64,000 nt of DNA. It comes from Vitrella brassicaformis CCMP3155. Its lineage: Eukaryota > Protista > Chromerida. Positions 59,806-64,000 of the stretch are shown here, one piece after another. Within the stretch, counting starts at the first letter, position 1. Each line of letters opens with the position of its first letter. Both the position numbers and the translations under genes were made by a program. The notes under the pieces were generated by a model. It made no database searches, had not been told where the DNA came from, and worked only from the letters and a program-made list of their open reading frames with translations. Location: contig CDMY01000460.1 in assembly GCA_001179505.1 (NCBI GenBank), positions 1-64,000 of the forward strand, read 5' to 3'.

Positions 59806-60994
59806 TGGTGGACTCCTGCAGCGGTGGTGGTGGTGGTGGTGGGGCGTTGATGGTGGGGCTTCGACGGCCTTGACCGTCGTGGGAGGGGGCTGGAGGGGTG
59901 ACTCGGTGTCGGTGACGGGTCCGGGACAGCTCGAATTCGATCCACCTCGCTCCCAGCTCGCCCGCCACCCCACCCTGCACCGTGCTGGTCGGCCGCCACT
60001 GGATGAGGACGTTGTTGCCGCTGGTGTCGCCGTGCACCAGGCCGCTGTCGTCCCCCCGCACCGCTGGAGAAGATGTCGGCCAGGCCTTCGCGCAGCAACA
60101 CTGCGAGCTGGCGGAAGTGGGAGCCCGTGACTCCCAGACGTGCCAGCGTAACCCGCAGGCGCCGCCTCCTGTTGAGGGGGTCGGGATCGGGATCGTCCTC
60201 GTCGTCGCTCTCGTCGCCGTCATCGGCCTCCTCGACCTCATCGTGATCCGCGTTGCCCTCGTCTCGCGGCTCCAGCAGCTTGGCCTCTGCGGCCAGCTTC
60301 GCACACTGCTCCGGGGTCAGGACCTCCTTCATTGGCACGCCTCGCGTCTCGCGCAGGTAGCGCTTCCTCCACTGGGCCATGTCCTCACCGGGTGACGCTG
60401 CAGGCAGGAGGGCAGCACATGACACACACATCATGCGATGCGATACGATACGCAATTGACGATACGCTGTGCGCATAAACTCCTCGTGCATTGGTCTGAG
60501 CGATGTGTGTCTGTCTGTAGACCCACCTTTTGGCAGGGAAGATGACGGTCTGGGCCGGCGCAGCTCCTCCGCTACTACTGGTGGCAGAAAAAGCTGCATA
60601 ACACAGAGCGAAATCCAACACACAGCGAAATCCATCCATCCATCCATTCACTGCTTTCTCTTTCCGGTCTGCGTATGGCGTTGGTCACTTACCGATTCGC
60701 TCTGCCATGTAAAAGAGCCCCCTCACTCCCAGCACGCCGTCCCTCGTGCCCGGCTGCTCCCCGCAGCGAATGGGAAAGAGGCCCGGCTCTCCATCCGCCC
60801 CCTTTAGGCCACCCCTTTGCCATGGCCGCACGTATGGCCGCCTGCCGTCGGCCGGCACCTCCCCGAAGGCCGTCAGGGTGGCTGTCAGGGTGCTGCGACG
60901 GGCGGCCAGCTGCTGCATGGCCGCCACTCCCCTCTTGACGGTCGCGCTCAGACGAAGGAGGTCATCTGGGCTTAGCTCTGGAGTGCCCGGCGCG

Positions 60995-61135
60995 AAAAGG
61001 GAAAGAAGTTCCTCTCGTGATATAAAATGTAAACAGCGATGCCTACTGCAGACAAAGGGACAGAGAGGGACACAAGGCAGACACACATTCAGATCACTTG
61101 GACGTCCTCGTGTGCTGCAAATACCTTCTTTGTCT
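60995..61135 (-). repeat. Dispersed cassette copy m (inside kinase N-lobe)
   Basis: Minus strand: GAAGACAAAGAAG|GTATTTG...GTGATCTG...GTCTGCAG|TAGGCATCGCTGTTTACATTTTATATCACGAGAGGAACTTCTTTCC. Confidence 0.9.
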
Positions 61136-61807
61136 TCTGAGGGTGCCACTGACTGAAGGAGGTCTTGAGGGCTGAGCTCCGGAATGCCGGGCACCGTCTC
61201 CTCCTTCCTGTTGACGGTGGCCGTCACCGCCGCGATGCCTTTGGGCACCGGGCACTTCAGCACTAGCCTCCGCCCCGCCGACTTGCCCTCGGCGATGGCA
61301 AAGCTGTCGCTGTAGTGCAGCATGCGGCGGCCAGCCGTGCGAAAGCTGGAGAGGGTGGCCAGCGAATCGACTGATATGGCCGCCGCATGCTGTGTGGGGG
61401 AAGCGGGGACGATTTGGGCGTGGGGCAGAAGGGGCGAGGAGCCGTCGGATGCCGCGCCCTCATCGTCCATGTCGGCCGCCGCTGGCGAGGCTGGTGCTGC
61501 TCGCGGTGGCGCTGGCGGGGTGGTGGTGGTCTTGTCCCCCTCCTCTGCCCCACTCGGCTCCTCGAGGCTGCCCTGGTGGTCGGCTGTGTGGCTGGCAGGT
61601 GCATCGGGCTCGACAACACGGTCGCATCTGAATGAACGAAGGCACAAAGGAAGCGACGCTAGATATGCGAAAGCAAATCTCATTCATTTGTGGTCTCGTC
61701 GGCTTACTGTCAGATGGCGGTTGAGGGCCAATGAGCTCCATGAACGCAACAGAGAGCTCCGCCCCCTTCCCAATCTGACGCTGGAACCCGGGGGCCGCGA
61801 TGTCAAT

Positions 61808-61920
61808 GAAAGAAATGAGACTCAGGATATAAAATGTAGCCAGCGATGTTTGCTGCACACACACAGACGGAGACACGAGGCTATGTCATTTGGAAGCTTT
61901 TGTGTATCCTGCATACCTTC
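61808..61920 (-). repeat. Dispersed cassette copy n (between kinase copies)
   Basis: Minus strand: GAAG|GTATGC...AAAGCTTCC...GTGTGCAG|CAAACATCGCTGGCTACATTTTATATCCTGAG. Confidence 0.85.
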
Positions 61921-61951
61921 GGGACTCATTGGTGCGTTCCTGTCCTCATCA

Positions 61952-63470
61952 TCACCAATGTCCTCCTACTTGCTCCACGAGCTCATGGGCGTCGAGAAGG
62001 GCCCTGTCCACTGACTGCAGCAACCAGGCGTGCCGCTTCTGGGCCTTCTCGATGGTCACCTTCGTCTTGGTCTCGGCGATGGCCTCTTGGAGGCTCGTGG
62101 CGGGGAGGTCGAACAGGTCGCGGACGGCTTCTGTCTCCTTCTCGAGTGGCGCCTCGAAGCGCTTCTTGAAGGTCGCGCCTCGGAAGAATGTCTGCCACTG
62201 GTTCGGCTTGTTGGTGTAGAGTGTGCCGTCCTTGTTGATCAGCCGGTCCATGTGTGGCGCCAGCAGCAGATGGGCGAGCAGCGAGGTCGCGCTCGCCCTT
62301 CTGGCCATGGAGGGTATCGATGAGGTCCCCGATGGAGACGGCGTCTGTCCATAGCTCGTCCAGCACGGCGTCGTCGTCCTCCTCCTCCTCCTCCTCGTCG
62401 CTCTCGTCGTCATCGTCACCCTCGTTGTAGTCCAGCAGCTCCCTCCTGAGCTTGACGACGGCCGCTCTTCCGCCGGTGTAAGCTGCAAAAGGGCAGACAA
62501 ACACACACAATACAATACAATACAATATGACGGTCACGAACCCGTTCGTTAATATGAGTGTCCTGTGTGTGTGCATGTAGGTGCATGTCATATCTCTGTC
62601 AACCCACCTGCTGTGAGTGGCTTCTTCCCGCGCTGACGCAGCTCCTCCTCGACTGCTGGTCGCAGCTGCTCCACTGCTGCCGGCGGCAGAAAAGCTGCAT
62701 TACATGAACGGAAAGAAGGCAAAGTGGGATTCATGACGCAGGCATCTCCGGTTGTCCGGTAGGCTTACCTATGTATTTTGACATATAGAAGAACCCCCTC
62801 ACGCCCACGACCTTCTTCTCAGAGCGACAGACCACCCTCACCGGGAAGCGCCCCGGCGCCCTCTCGGCGCTGCCCGCCCTCGTCCCCTTCGGCCACAGCC
62901 ACTCGCGATCTGCCGGGATGGTGCCGGACGCCACCAGTGCGGACGCGAGCGTGCTGCGGCGCGCCGTCAGCTCGAGGATGGCCTTCACCTCCTGCAGCTG
63001 CTCCTCTGTGAGCTCGTCCAGCCCCTCAGGGACGGCGCATTTGAGGATGACGCGGCCGGCAGCCGAGTGGCCCTCCAGGATGGCGAAGTACTTGGGGCTG
63101 TGGTGGACGAGGCACCTTACGGAGGGGCGGAAGGTGGAGAGGATGGCCAGCGACGCCTCCTCTGATGTGTCTGCCGCCTCCTGTGTGCGCGCGTCAGAGG
63201 CCGGTGCGTTGTGGATGTGGGGCAGCAGTGGCGAATAGCCGTCAGACGCACCGCCCTCGTCCTCGGTGTCGCCTTTCCATGACGATGCGCTTCGGCGTCT
63301 CCTCGCCGTTCGTGTCCTTCTGCTTGCCCTGCTCGTCGGCAGGAACAACAATCGCAGGAACAACACACACACCTCAGATGCCGGCAGGCAAGGAAATGTC
63401 ATTCATGAACACTGTTGTCTTTCCGGCTCACCGTCGGCTGAGGATTGAGGGAGAGCTTGAAGTGGGAGAC
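61952..63470 (-). pseudogene. FunK1-like kinase (copy A) lacking the catalytic core
   Basis: AGRVILKC...QEVKAI, GVRGFFYMSKYI and acidic insert are present. VSIGDLIDTL then jumps to SLLAHLLLAPHMD, with no HxD or DxE segment. Confidence 0.7.
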
Positions 63471-63474
63471 ATGC

Positions 63475-63527
63475 GGGGCTGCGTGGAAGAAGTCCTCTCG
63501 CGATATAAAATGTAGACAGCGATATCC
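63475..63527 (-). repeat. Dispersed cassette copy o (into gap)
   Basis: Minus strand: GGATATCGCTGTCTACATTTTATATCGCGAGAGGACTTCTTCCACGCAG. Confidence 0.9.
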
Positions 63528-63827
63528 NNNNNNNNNNNNNNNNNNNNNNNNNNNNNNNNNNNNNNNNNNNNNNNNNNNNNNNNNNNNNNNNNNNNNNNNN
63601 NNNNNNNNNNNNNNNNNNNNNNNNNNNNNNNNNNNNNNNNNNNNNNNNNNNNNNNNNNNNNNNNNNNNNNNNNNNNNNNNNNNNNNNNNNNNNNNNNNNN
63701 NNNNNNNNNNNNNNNNNNNNNNNNNNNNNNNNNNNNNNNNNNNNNNNNNNNNNNNNNNNNNNNNNNNNNNNNNNNNNNNNNNNNNNNNNNNNNNNNNNNN
63801 NNNNNNNNNNNNNNNNNNNNNNNNNNN

Positions 63828-64000
63828 CACACATCATACCATACGATGCGATGCGATACGCTGTGCGCATAAACTCCTCGTGCATTGGTCTGAGCAGTAG
63901 GTGTCTGTGTGTAGACCCACCTTTTGGCAGGGAAGATGACGGTCTGGGCCGGCGCAGCTCCTCCGCTACTGCTGGTGGCAGAAAATCTTCATGACACACA
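63828..64000 (-). pseudogene. Further kinase-family copy continuing beyond the window
   Basis: Closely matches 60426-60590 (EELRRPRPSSSLPKGGST exon and introns). Confidence 0.7.

Larger units (their letters stand above)
59387..61740 (-). pseudogene. FunK1-like kinase (copy B2), N-lobe to C-lobe, frameshifted
   Basis: AGRRLVLKC, GVRGLFYMAERI, acidic insert and HGDTSGNN. Frameshift at about 60050 (ggtgcggggggacgac). 59387-60000 is nearly identical to 58146-58760. Confidence 0.75.

Overview
Intron-rich, GC-rich eukaryotic scaffold with (CA)n/(CAGA)n/(CCAT)n microsatellite introns and five 300-N gaps. It is most consistent with a chromerid alveolate such as Vitrella brassicaformis; this is an inference from intron style, a TPI with bipartite plastid targeting and a flagellar gene. 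The core holds ordinary genes: plastid-type TPI, xylulokinase, RPF1, CFAP251/WDR66, an ABHD17-like hydrolase, a small ubiquitin-like protein and a RecQ helicase, plus lineage-specific family genes. Both ends of the window (1-~7.6 kb, ~56.7-64 kb) and an internal locus (27.9-31.1 kb) are mosaic, mostly broken minus-strand arrays of a FunK1-like protein kinase family, mixed with unrelated domain fragments including a PTC7-like PP2C phosphatase. The most striking unexplained signal is a ~100-150 bp cassette: an intron plus an AT-rich core TACATTTTATATC between ATATCGC direct repeats. It occurs about 15 times, always in the same orientation. Many copies sit at junctions between different domain fragments and at different positions within kinase paralogs. 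This suggests an exon-shuffling or recombination hub feeding a polymorphic kinase array.
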